A stretch of DNA of 14,227 nucleotides, taken from the NCBI GenBank assembly GCA_049967655.1, contig JBMFSH010000053.1, positions 1 through 14,227 of the forward strand, written 5' to 3'. Below are positions 6,721-14,224 of this stretch, piece by piece. Every line of letters starts with the position of its first letter. The first letter of the stretch is position 1. Under the pieces are notes generated by a model. The model made no database searches, was not told the origin of the DNA, and saw nothing but the letters and a program-made list of their open reading frames with translations. Made by a program: the position numbers and the translations under genes. Origin of the DNA: Acidobacteriota bacterium. Lineage in GTDB: Bacteria; Acidobacteriota; UBA4820; DSQY01.

Positions 6721-7935
6721 ATGACCGAGATGAACCGGGAACGGCTCGACCTCAACACGGACGTCATCACCGTCAACATGGGTCCGCAACATCCCTCCAC
6801 CCACGGCGTGCTCCGCGTCATCCTGAAGCTGGACGGGGAGGTAGTGCTTTCGGCCGTGCCCGACGTGGGCTATCTGCACCGGGGGATCGAGAAGATCGCC
6901 GAGAACAAGACCCTCCACCAGGTGATCCCCTACACCGACCGGATGGACTACCTCTCCCCCATGTCCAACAACATCGGCCTGGCCATGGCGGTGGAGAAGC
7001 TCATCGGCTTCCAGATCACGGAACGCTGCCGGGTGATGCGCGTGATCTGCATGGAGCTGGCGCGCCTGTCGAGCCACCTCCTCTGGCTGGCCACCGACGC
7101 GCTGGACGTCGGCGCGGGCACGGTCTACTTCTACGCCTTCACGGAGCGCGAGAAGATCTACGACATATTCGAAAAGATGAGCGGGGCGCGCTTCACCGTC
7201 TCGTACGGGCGCATCGGCGGCCTGGCCAGGGATTGGCCCGAGGGGCTGGAACGCGAGATCGACACCTACGTGGCTCAGGCGCACAAGACCATCGACGAGT
7301 GCGACAAGCTCCTGACCCGAAACAAGATCTGGATCGACCGCAACCAGGACGTGGGTGTGATCTCGGCGGAGAAGGCCATCGACATGGGCCTCACGGGGCC
7401 GCCGCTTCGGGCCTGCGGCGTGGAGTGGGACCTCAGGAAAGCCTACCCCTACCTGGGTTACGAACGATACGACTTCGAGATTCCGGTGGGCGAGCACGGC
7501 GACTGCTACGACAGGTATCTCGTCCGGATGGAGGAGATGCGCCAGAGCATCCGGATCATCCAACAGGCGGTCAAGGAGATGGATCGCTCCATTCCGCTCT
7601 TCCCAGAGGATCCTGAATCGCGCAAGGTGTTTCTGCCGCCCAAGGATCGGGTCCTCACGAAGATGGAGGAGTTGATCCACCAGTTCATCGTGGCCACGGA
7701 GGGTCCCAAGACCCCAAAGGGCAAGGAGATCTACTTCGCCATCGAGGCCCCCAAGGGGGAGCTGGGCTTTTACCTGGTGGGATCGGGTACGAACGTGGCC
7801 CATCGATGCCACTTTCGCGCCCCCTCCTTCATCAACCTTCAGGCCCTGCCCATCCTGCTCAAGGGGGCCATGGTGGCGGACTGCGTGGCCACCATTGCCT
7901 CGCTGGATCCCGTCATGGGCGAGTGCGACCGGTGA
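6721..7935 (+). CDS. nuoD: NADH-quinone oxidoreductase subunit D
   Basis: NMGPQHPSTHGVLR, GYLHRGIEK, DRMDY, EAPKGELG and DPVMGECDR. Confidence 0.97.
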   Translation: MTEMNRERLDLNTDVITVNMGPQHPSTHGVLRVILKLDGEVVLSAVPDVGYLHRGIEKIAENKTLHQVIPYTDRMDYLSPMSNNIGLAMAVEKLIGFQITERCRVMRVICMELARLSSHLLWLATDALDVGAGTVYFYAFTEREKIYDIFEKMSGARFTVSYGRIGGLARDWPEGLEREIDTYVAQAHKTIDECDKLLTRNKIWIDRNQDVGVISAEKAIDMGLTGPPLRACGVEWDLRKAYPYLGYERYDFEIPVGEHGDCYDRYLVRMEEMRQSIRIIQQAVKEMDRSIPLFPEDPESRKVFLPPKDRVLTKMEELIHQFIVATEGPKTPKGKEIYFAIEAPKGELGFYLVGSGTNVAHRCHFRAPSFINLQALPILLKGAMVADCVATIASLDPVMGECDR

Positions 7936-7978
7936 GGGCCGAGAGGGGACGGCGGCGGATTTCTTCTGAGGTGACAGG

Positions 7979-8470
7979 GTGAGCGAGCAGGGCGTGGCGG
8001 AGCTGATCAAGAACCCCGAGTTTCTGGCCAAGGTGGACCGCCTCGTGAAGTCCTATCCGAGGCCCCAGACGGCGCTCATCCCCATCCTCCACCTGTGCCA
8101 GGCCGAGCTGAGGCACGTGCCCGTCGAGTTCCAAGCCTTCATCGCCGAAAGGCTCGGCCTGACCCCGGCCCACGTGAGGGGCGTGGTCACCTTCTACGAG
8201 ATGTTCTCCGAGGAGCCCCACGGCCGGTATCTCTTGCAGGTCTGCAAGACGCTGCCCTGCATGCTGAGGGGATCGGAGGCTCTGCTAGAGCACCTCCAGA
8301 ACAAGCTCGGTATCAAGCCGGGCGGAACCACCCAGGACGGACGCTTCTCCCTCATCACGGTGGAGTGCCTGGCCTGTTGCGACGGGGGGCCCTCGCTCAT
8401 GGTCAACGAAGTGCTGCACAAGAATGTCAGCCTGGCCGACGCGGACCGCATCCTCTCGGAGCTGGAGTGA
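7979..8470 (+). CDS. nuoE: NADH-quinone oxidoreductase subunit E (2Fe-2S)
   Basis: GVVTFYEMF, VCKTLPCMLRG and VECLACCD. GTG start preceded by GAGGTG. Confidence 0.95.
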   Translation: MSEQGVAELIKNPEFLAKVDRLVKSYPRPQTALIPILHLCQAELRHVPVEFQAFIAERLGLTPAHVRGVVTFYEMFSEEPHGRYLLQVCKTLPCMLRGSEALLEHLQNKLGIKPGGTTQDGRFSLITVECLACCDGGPSLMVNEVLHKNVSLADADRILSELE

Positions 8471-8475
8471 GAGAA

Positions 8476-8558
8476 ATGAACCACCAAGACACCAAGGCAC
8501 CCATGATCTTGTTTTCCCGCAGAGATCACTTCTTGGTGTCTTTGTGCCGTAGTGGTGG
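8476..8558. repeat. Hairpin element 2 (CACCAAGR subfamily) between nuoE and nuoF
   Basis: Left arm CACCAAGA CACCAAGG CACCCATG; right arm CTTGGTGT CTTTGTGC CGTAGTGG. AAGACACCAAG (8486-8496) is the exact reverse complement of 8532-8542. Colinear over 83 nt with element 3. Confidence 0.8.
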
Positions 8559-8582
8559 GTTTTTACCCACAGAGGGCGCGAG

Positions 8583-9878
8583 ATGACGCAAGTGCTGAAG
8601 CTGCTGACGAGGAATGTGGGGAAGCCCAACTCGACTCACGTCGATGCCTACATGGGCTCGGGGGGCTACGAGCCCCTCATGACCGTGCTACACAAATGGA
8701 CGCCCGAGCAGGCGCTGAACGAGGTGAAGGCGGCCAATCTGAAGGGCCGAGGCGGCGCGGGCTTCCCGGCGGGCCTGAAGTGGTCCTTCCTTCCCAAGGG
8801 CAAGGAGGTCCTCAAGTATCTGGTCTGCAACGCCGACGAGAGCGAGCCGGGAACCTTCAAGGACCGCCTGCTCATCGAGAACGACCCCCATTCCATACTG
8901 GAAGGGATCATCATCGCCGGATGGGCCACGCAGGCGGCCGGTTGCTTCTTTTACATCCGGGGCGAGATGCCCGCCGGAGCGCGGATCTTCCAGAAGGCGG
9001 TGGACCAGGCCTACGCCAAGGGCTTCCTCGGCAAGAACATCCTGGGTTCGGGCTTCAACTTCGACGTCTGGGTTTCGAGGGGGGCGGGCGCCTACATCTG
9101 CGGCGAGGAGACGGCCCTCATGGATTCGCTGGAGGGCAAGCGGGGCCAGCCCAGGCTCAAGCCGCCGTTCCCGGCGGGCTACGGTGTCTACGGCGTGCCG
9201 ACCAACATCAACAACGTGGAGTCCTATGCCAACGTCCCGCTCATCATCAAGAACGGAGCCAGCTGGTACACGGCGATCGGCAGTCCCAGCGCCCCGGGTA
9301 CGAGGCTCTTCGGCATCTCTGGCCACGTGAAGCGGCCTGGCGTCTTCGAGCTCCCCTCTGGCGTGACCCTAAGGGAGCTCATCTACGAGCACGCCGGGGG
9401 GATCCTGGGCGACCGTCCCCTCAAGGCCGTTATCCCGGGCGGCTCTTCCGTGCCGGTCCTGCGCGCCGATCAGATCGACGTGACCATGGACCCCGACGGC
9501 CTCAAGACCGTAGGGACCATGCTGGGCTCGGCCGGCGTCATCGTCATGAACGACAGCGTCTGCATGGTCAAGGCCCTGCTGAATCTGATGGAGTTCTACG
9601 CGCGCGAGTCCTGCGGGCAGTGCACCCCCTGCCGGGAGGGAACGCACTGGCTTGAACTAATCGTGAGGCGCCTGGAGGAGGGCGGCGGGAGGCCGTCGGA
9701 CTGCGACCTCATCCTGGACGTGGCAGGCAACATCATGGGCCGCACCATCTGCCCCCTCGGGGACGCCGCCGCCATGCCGGCCATCTCCTTCGTGCAGCAG
9801 TTCCGGGAGGAGTTCGAAGCGCACGGCCGGGCGGGCCGCTGTCCCATGCGCGACGTCCGCATGACCGCGGCGATTTAG
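8583..9878 (+). CDS. nuoF: NADH-quinone oxidoreductase subunit F (FMN/NADH-binding)
   Basis: LKGRGGAGFPAGLKW, CNADESEPGTFKDR, GAGAYICGEETAL and ESCGQCTPCREG...ICPLGD. Confidence 0.97.
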   Translation: MTQVLKLLTRNVGKPNSTHVDAYMGSGGYEPLMTVLHKWTPEQALNEVKAANLKGRGGAGFPAGLKWSFLPKGKEVLKYLVCNADESEPGTFKDRLLIENDPHSILEGIIIAGWATQAAGCFFYIRGEMPAGARIFQKAVDQAYAKGFLGKNILGSGFNFDVWVSRGAGAYICGEETALMDSLEGKRGQPRLKPPFPAGYGVYGVPTNINNVESYANVPLIIKNGASWYTAIGSPSAPGTRLFGISGHVKRPGVFELPSGVTLRELIYEHAGGILGDRPLKAVIPGGSSVPVLRADQIDVTMDPDGLKTVGTMLGSAGVIVMNDSVCMVKALLNLMEFYARESCGQCTPCREGTHWLELIVRRLEEGGGRPSDCDLILDVAGNIMGRTICPLGDAAAMPAISFVQQFREEFEAHGRAGRCPMRDVRMTAAI

Positions 9879-9891
9879 GAGGTAAGAGAGC

Positions 9892-9974
9892 ATGAACCAC
9901 CCAGACACCAAGACACCAAGAGCTTCTTTTGTCATGCAGAATCGTTTCTTCGTGCCCTTGTGCCTTGGTGGTGG
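9892..9974. repeat. Hairpin element 3 (CACCAAGR subfamily) between nuoF and nuoG
   Basis: Left arm ACCACCCAGACACCAAGACACCAAG (9896-9920) against right arm CTTCGTGCCCTTGTGCCTTGGTGGT (9948-9972): 19 of 25 positions complementary. Begins ATGAACCAC and ends GTGGTGG, exactly as element 2. Confidence 0.8.
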
Positions 9975-9992
9975 ATCTTTCTTGAGGTTTGC

Positions 9993-11639
9993 ATGCCGCT
10001 GATCCGGATTGACGACCAGGAAATCGAGGCGCCCCAGGGCGAGACCATCCTCCGGGTGGCCCTCAAGCACGGGATCGCCATCCCCTACTACTGCTACCAC
10101 CCCGCCCTCTCCATCGTGGGCCAGTGCCGTATGTGCCTCGTCGAGGTGAAGGGCGCGCCCAAGCCGCTCACGGCCTGCTCGACCACCATAACGTCCCTAC
10201 CGCCGGACAAGAAGATCGAGGGCAAGTACGACATGGTGGTCTCCACGAAGAGCGAGACGGCCAGGAAGGCCCAGCGCGGCGTGCTCGAATTTCTCCTCCT
10301 GAACCACCCCCTGGACTGCCCCATCTGCGATCAGGCGGGGGAATGCCAACTGCAGGAGTACTCCTACACCTTCGGCGATCCGGCCAGCCGCCTGGAGTTC
10401 GAGAAGGTCCACGCCCCCAAGCGCGTGGACATCGGGCCGCACGTGGTCTTCGACGTGGAGCGCTGCATCAAGTGCACCCGCTGCATCCGCTTCTGCCAGG
10501 AGATCAGCAAGACCGGCGAGCTAACCCTCTCGGAGCGCGGCGTCTACACCCGCGTGGATACCTTCCCCGGCCGTAAGCTCGACAACCCCTACTCCGTCTG
10601 CACGGTGGACATCTGTCCCGTGGGTGCGCTGACGAGCCGGGAGTTCCGCTTCAAGGAGCGGGTCTGGTTCCTGAAGTCGGTGAACTCCGTCTGCCAGGAG
10701 TGCGCGAGGGGCTGTTCCGTCCGCGTGGATGCTTACAAGGGCGAGGTCCTGCGCCTGGTGCCCAGGGACAACCCGCAGGTAAACGGGCCGTGGATGTGCG
10801 ATTACGGGCGCCTCATCACGGAGCGCATGAAGGGGCTCGATCTGGTCGCCAGGCCCCTGCTCCGCTCGGGCTCGGCCTGGCAGGGCTATGAGTGGAAGGA
10901 ATTCGGGGCCGCGTTGGTGGAGAGGATGGCGGCCTCCCCGGCCGCCAAGTCCGATTCGTGGGCCCTGGTCTTCTCGGGCCGCCTCTCGCTGGAGGAGATG
11001 GCCGGCGCGCAGGCCCTCTCCCAGGCCTTTTTCAATCGCTCGGTGGGTTCGGCGCCCGATGTGGCCTGGGGGGAGGACGACGAACTCCTCATCCGCAAGG
11101 AGCGGCGGCCCAACCTCACGGGAGCCCGGCTGATGGGCATCCCCGTGGGGGAGCAGAACGTCCCCCTCTCGGGCCTGTTCGCCGGGAAAAAGGCGGCCCT
11201 GATCCTCCGCGAGGACGTGGTAGGAGACGCCGAGGGGGCGGAGAAGGCCGCCATCCAGAAGGCGCTGGGCGCCATGGACCTGGTGATCGTGGCCGACTCG
11301 TCCTTCACCGAGACCGCGCGGTTGGCTCACGTTTTCATCCCGCTCGCGGGCTGGCACGAGATGGAAGGGGTCATGGTGAACTTCCTGGGCGTCGCCCAGA
11401 AGACCGCCCGAGCGGTGGTTCCCCCGAGGGACCGCCGGCCCTTCTACGAGGTGGCGAGTCTCTGGCTCACGGCGGCCGGGCACGACGCCCCCGAGCCCAC
11501 CTTCCTGAGCTGGCACGCCAGGGCCAAGGAGTCGGTGCCGGGGCTGGCGGGAACCTCCATCAAGGACCTGCTCCCGAACGGGCTGCAGATCCTCGACGCC
11601 CCGGCCAAGGAGAAGGCCAAGAGGGGCGAGGGGGCATGA
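9993..11639 (+). CDS. nuoG: NADH-quinone oxidoreductase subunit G (short form, 548 aa)
   Basis: CYHPAL...GQCRMC...AC (N1b), NHPLDCPICDQAGEC (N5), RCIKCTRC...CPVGAL (N4) and CQECARGC...C (N7-type). GAGG RBS before ATG 9993. Confidence 0.92.
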   Translation: MPLIRIDDQEIEAPQGETILRVALKHGIAIPYYCYHPALSIVGQCRMCLVEVKGAPKPLTACSTTITSLPPDKKIEGKYDMVVSTKSETARKAQRGVLEFLLLNHPLDCPICDQAGECQLQEYSYTFGDPASRLEFEKVHAPKRVDIGPHVVFDVERCIKCTRCIRFCQEISKTGELTLSERGVYTRVDTFPGRKLDNPYSVCTVDICPVGALTSREFRFKERVWFLKSVNSVCQECARGCSVRVDAYKGEVLRLVPRDNPQVNGPWMCDYGRLITERMKGLDLVARPLLRSGSAWQGYEWKEFGAALVERMAASPAAKSDSWALVFSGRLSLEEMAGAQALSQAFFNRSVGSAPDVAWGEDDELLIRKERRPNLTGARLMGIPVGEQNVPLSGLFAGKKAALILREDVVGDAEGAEKAAIQKALGAMDLVIVADSSFTETARLAHVFIPLAGWHEMEGVMVNFLGVAQKTARAVVPPRDRRPFYEVASLWLTAAGHDAPEPTFLSWHARAKESVPGLAGTSIKDLLPNGLQILDAPAKEKAKRGEGA

Positions 11640-11685
11640 CCAGCATGAAGCCGAACAGCGAGCCGATCCAAGGGGAGGGGAGCAA

Positions 11686-12732
11686 GTGAACGCCTACTGG
11701 CCCATCGTGGTGCCCGCCCTCATCAAGATCGTCGTGATCCTAGGGATCGTCCTGACGGGCGTGGCCTACAGCACGCTCGCCGAGAGAAAGGTCTCCGCCT
11801 GGATGCAGGACCGGCGCGGGCCCAACCGGGTGGGCCCCTTCGGGCTCCTCCAGCCGGTGGCCGACGGGATGAAGTTCTTCTTCAAGGAGGACATCACGCC
11901 GAGGGAGGCCTACCGGCCCCTCTACCTGTTGGCGCCGTTCCTGACGCTCTTTCCGGCCCTCATCACCTTCGCCGTGATCCCCTTCGGGACCCAGATCAGC
12001 GTGGGCGGGCAGACCTACCCCCTCATCATCGCGCCCGGCATGGACGTGGGGGTCATCTTCCTCCTCGCCGTGTCCTCCATCGGGGTCTACGGCATCCTGC
12101 TGGCGGGCTGGTCCAGCGGCAACAAGTACTCCCTCATGGGCGGGCTAAGGAGCGCGAGCCAGGTCATCTCCTATGAGCTGGGTATCGCCCTGGCGGTGAT
12201 GAGCGTGGTGCTCTGGACGGGCAGTTTCGATTTCCGGCGCATCGTGGAGGATCAAACCGGGTGGGGCCACTTCTGGTTCGTCGGCCCGCAGTTCCTGGCC
12301 TTCATCGTCTTCACGGTGGCCGTCTTTGCCGAGACCAACCGCCTGCCCTTCGACCTTCCGGAGGGCGAGAGCGAACTCGTGGCCGGCTACCACACCGAGT
12401 ATTCGGGCCTCCGTTTCGCCATGTTCTTCATGGGAGAGTACGCGAACATGATCACGGCTTCGGCCTTCGTGGTGCTCCTCTTCCTGGGCGGGTGGAATCT
12501 CCCCTTCGTCAACTACGCTTGGTTCGGGCCGCTGTGGGGAGGTCTGCTCTCGGCGGTGGTCTTCTTCGCCAAGGTGGCAGTGCTGCTCTTCGTTTTTATC
12601 TGGGTGCGCTGGACGCTGCCCCGCTTCCGCTATGACCAGCTCATGTCGCTAGGGTGGAAGCGGCTCTTCCCGCTCGCCTTATTGAACCTCGTGCTCATCT
12701 CGACCCTGCTGGTACTGAGAGGCCGCCCATGA
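11686..12732 (+). CDS. nuoH: NADH-quinone oxidoreductase subunit H
   Basis: ERKVSAWMQDRRGPNRVGPFGLLQPVADGMK, AETNRLPFDLPEGESELVAGYHTEYSG and RFRYDQLMSLGWK. Confidence 0.97.
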   Translation: MNAYWPIVVPALIKIVVILGIVLTGVAYSTLAERKVSAWMQDRRGPNRVGPFGLLQPVADGMKFFFKEDITPREAYRPLYLLAPFLTLFPALITFAVIPFGTQISVGGQTYPLIIAPGMDVGVIFLLAVSSIGVYGILLAGWSSGNKYSLMGGLRSASQVISYELGIALAVMSVVLWTGSFDFRRIVEDQTGWGHFWFVGPQFLAFIVFTVAVFAETNRLPFDLPEGESELVAGYHTEYSGLRFAMFFMGEYANMITASAFVVLLFLGGWNLPFVNYAWFGPLWGGLLSAVVFFAKVAVLLFVFIWVRWTLPRFRYDQLMSLGWKRLFPLALLNLVLISTLLVLRGRP

Positions 12733-13226
12733 AAGTGACCAGGCCCGAACTGAGCTGGTGGGAGCGCACCTACTTCCCCGCCATCCTCAAGGGGATGAAG
12801 CTCACCTTCAGCCACATCTTCCGTAAGCGGGTGACCCTCCAGTACCCCGAGGAGCGCTGGACCCTGCCGCCCGGCTACAGGGGTCAGCCCGTGCTCCTCA
12901 CGGGGCTGGACGGGCACGAGAAGTGCACCTCCTGCAAGCTCTGCCAGTTCATCTGCCCGCCCGAGGCGATCCGCATCGTGGCGGGCGAGACGGAGCTGGC
13001 GAAGGAGAAATTCCCCAAGGAGTTCGACATCGACATGGGGCTCTGCATCTTCTGCGGTTACTGCCAGGAGGTCTGCCCCGTGGAGGCCATCTGGCTCAAG
13101 GATGCCTACGAGCTGGCGGACTACGACCGCACCAACCTGATCTTCGACAAGGAGAAGCTGCTGGCCATCGGCCGCAAGCCTCCGTACCTCCCCGGCAGGG
13201 AGAAGCCTTTGGAGGAGGGAAGATGA
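12729..13226 (+). CDS. nuoI: NADH-quinone oxidoreductase subunit I (2x 4Fe-4S)
   Basis: VTLQYPEE, CTSCKLCQFICP and CIFCGYCQEVCPVEAI. ATGA overlap with the nuoH stop. Confidence 0.96.
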   Translation: MKVTRPELSWWERTYFPAILKGMKLTFSHIFRKRVTLQYPEERWTLPPGYRGQPVLLTGLDGHEKCTSCKLCQFICPPEAIRIVAGETELAKEKFPKEFDIDMGLCIFCGYCQEVCPVEAIWLKDAYELADYDRTNLIFDKEKLLAIGRKPPYLPGREKPLEEGR

Positions 13227-13750
13227 TAGCCTCTGTCGTCTTCTTCGCGGTGGCCTTTCTAGCCTTTCTGGGGGCGCTCGCGCTGGTTTTCCACCGGCAT
13301 CCCATGGTGGCCGGCCTGGGCATGGCGCTCTCCACGCTCTCCATCGGCGTGCTCTACGTGTTGCTGAGGGTTCCGTTCCTGGGGCTGTTCCAGGCCATCA
13401 TTTACGCGGGCGCGGTCATGGTGATCGTGCTCTACATCGTCATGGCCCTAGGCCAGGAGGAGACCGGCCCGAGGGTCGGTGCGGTCCAGACGGGGTTGAC
13501 CTACGTGGCTGCCGCCCTGTTGCTGCTGCAATTCTACTGGGCCATCGTCCGATCGGGGGCGGGGCCGTTCCCGGAGGGAGCCGCACTGCCGCCCGTGACC
13601 GCGGGGGGGACGAGCTACCCCTTCGGCACCATTCAAGCTTTCGGGAGTCTGCTCGTGAGCCACTACTCCGTCCCCTTCGAGGTGGCCTCCCTCCTGCTGG
13701 TGGGCGCCATGGTCGGGGCGGTGATCCTCTCCCGCAGGAGCTGGTCATGA
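13223..13750 (+). CDS. nuoJ: NADH-quinone oxidoreductase subunit J
   Basis: Multiple TM helices; QAIIYAGAVMV and PFEVASLLLVGAMVGAVIL. GGAGG RBS and ATGA overlap with nuoI. Confidence 0.94.
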   Translation: MIASVVFFAVAFLAFLGALALVFHRHPMVAGLGMALSTLSIGVLYVLLRVPFLGLFQAIIYAGAVMVIVLYIVMALGQEETGPRVGAVQTGLTYVAAALLLLQFYWAIVRSGAGPFPEGAALPPVTAGGTSYPFGTIQAFGSLLVSHYSVPFEVASLLLVGAMVGAVILSRRSWS

Positions 13751-14052
13751 CCATTACCCTCGGCCACTACCTCATCTTGGCGGTGTTTCTTTTCGCGGTG
13801 GGCGTCATCGGCGCCCTGACGCGCAAGAGCGCCATCATCGTCTTCCTCTCTATCGAGCTCATGTTGAACGCGGCCAACGTGGTCTTCATGGCCATGGGGC
13901 GCTATTTCGGCCAGCTCGATGGGGCCGTTTTTGTGCTCTTCATCCTCGCCGTGAGCGCCGCCGAAGCGGCCGTGGGGGTGGCCATCGTGGTGGCCTTCAT
14001 CCGCCGGCGGGGAACGACCGACATCGATGCCGCCAACCTCATGAAATGGTAA
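13747..14052 (+). CDS. nuoK: NADH-quinone oxidoreductase subunit K
   Basis: LSIELMLNAAN and AVSAAEAAVGVAI. ATGA overlap with nuoJ. Confidence 0.96.
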   Translation: MTITLGHYLILAVFLFAVGVIGALTRKSAIIVFLSIELMLNAANVVFMAMGRYFGQLDGAVFVLFILAVSAAEAAVGVAIVVAFIRRRGTTDIDAANLMKW

Positions 14053-14060
14053 TGGGGTCT

Positions 14061-14205
14061 AACCACAGAGGCACAGAGACACAGAGAGTCAGAGGAAGAG
14101 GGGATTTCATGGCTTGCAATTGGGACAAGAGAGAGGGGAGGATCGGAGCAAAAGGCTTCCTTGAGCCAGAAGGCCTTTTCTCTGGGCCTCGCTGTCTCTG
14201 TGGTT
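14061..14205. repeat. Hairpin element 4 (CACAGAGR subfamily) after nuoK
   Basis: Left arm AACCACAGAGGCACAGAGACACAGAGAG (14061-14088) against right arm TTCTCTGGGCCTCGCTGTCTCTGTGGTT (14178-14205): 22 Watson-Crick, 2 G-U and 4 mismatches; the outer 10 bp are perfect. Arms closely resemble element 1; the loop differs. Confidence 0.85.
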
Positions 14206-14224
14206 TGCTGCTTTGGGGGTTGCC

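Noticed and set aside
277..13754. Long minus-strand and alternate-frame ORFs (for example 277-1347, 1420-2970, 5242-6252, 6547-8031, 10521-11516, 8552-9655)
   Set aside because: Shadows of GC3-biased real genes; no recognisable motifs.
6575..14205. Interpreting the repeated elements as a CRISPR array or autonomous IS
   Set aside because: They are dispersed, inverted and degenerate, with no repeat-spacer periodicity, cas gene or transposase in the window.
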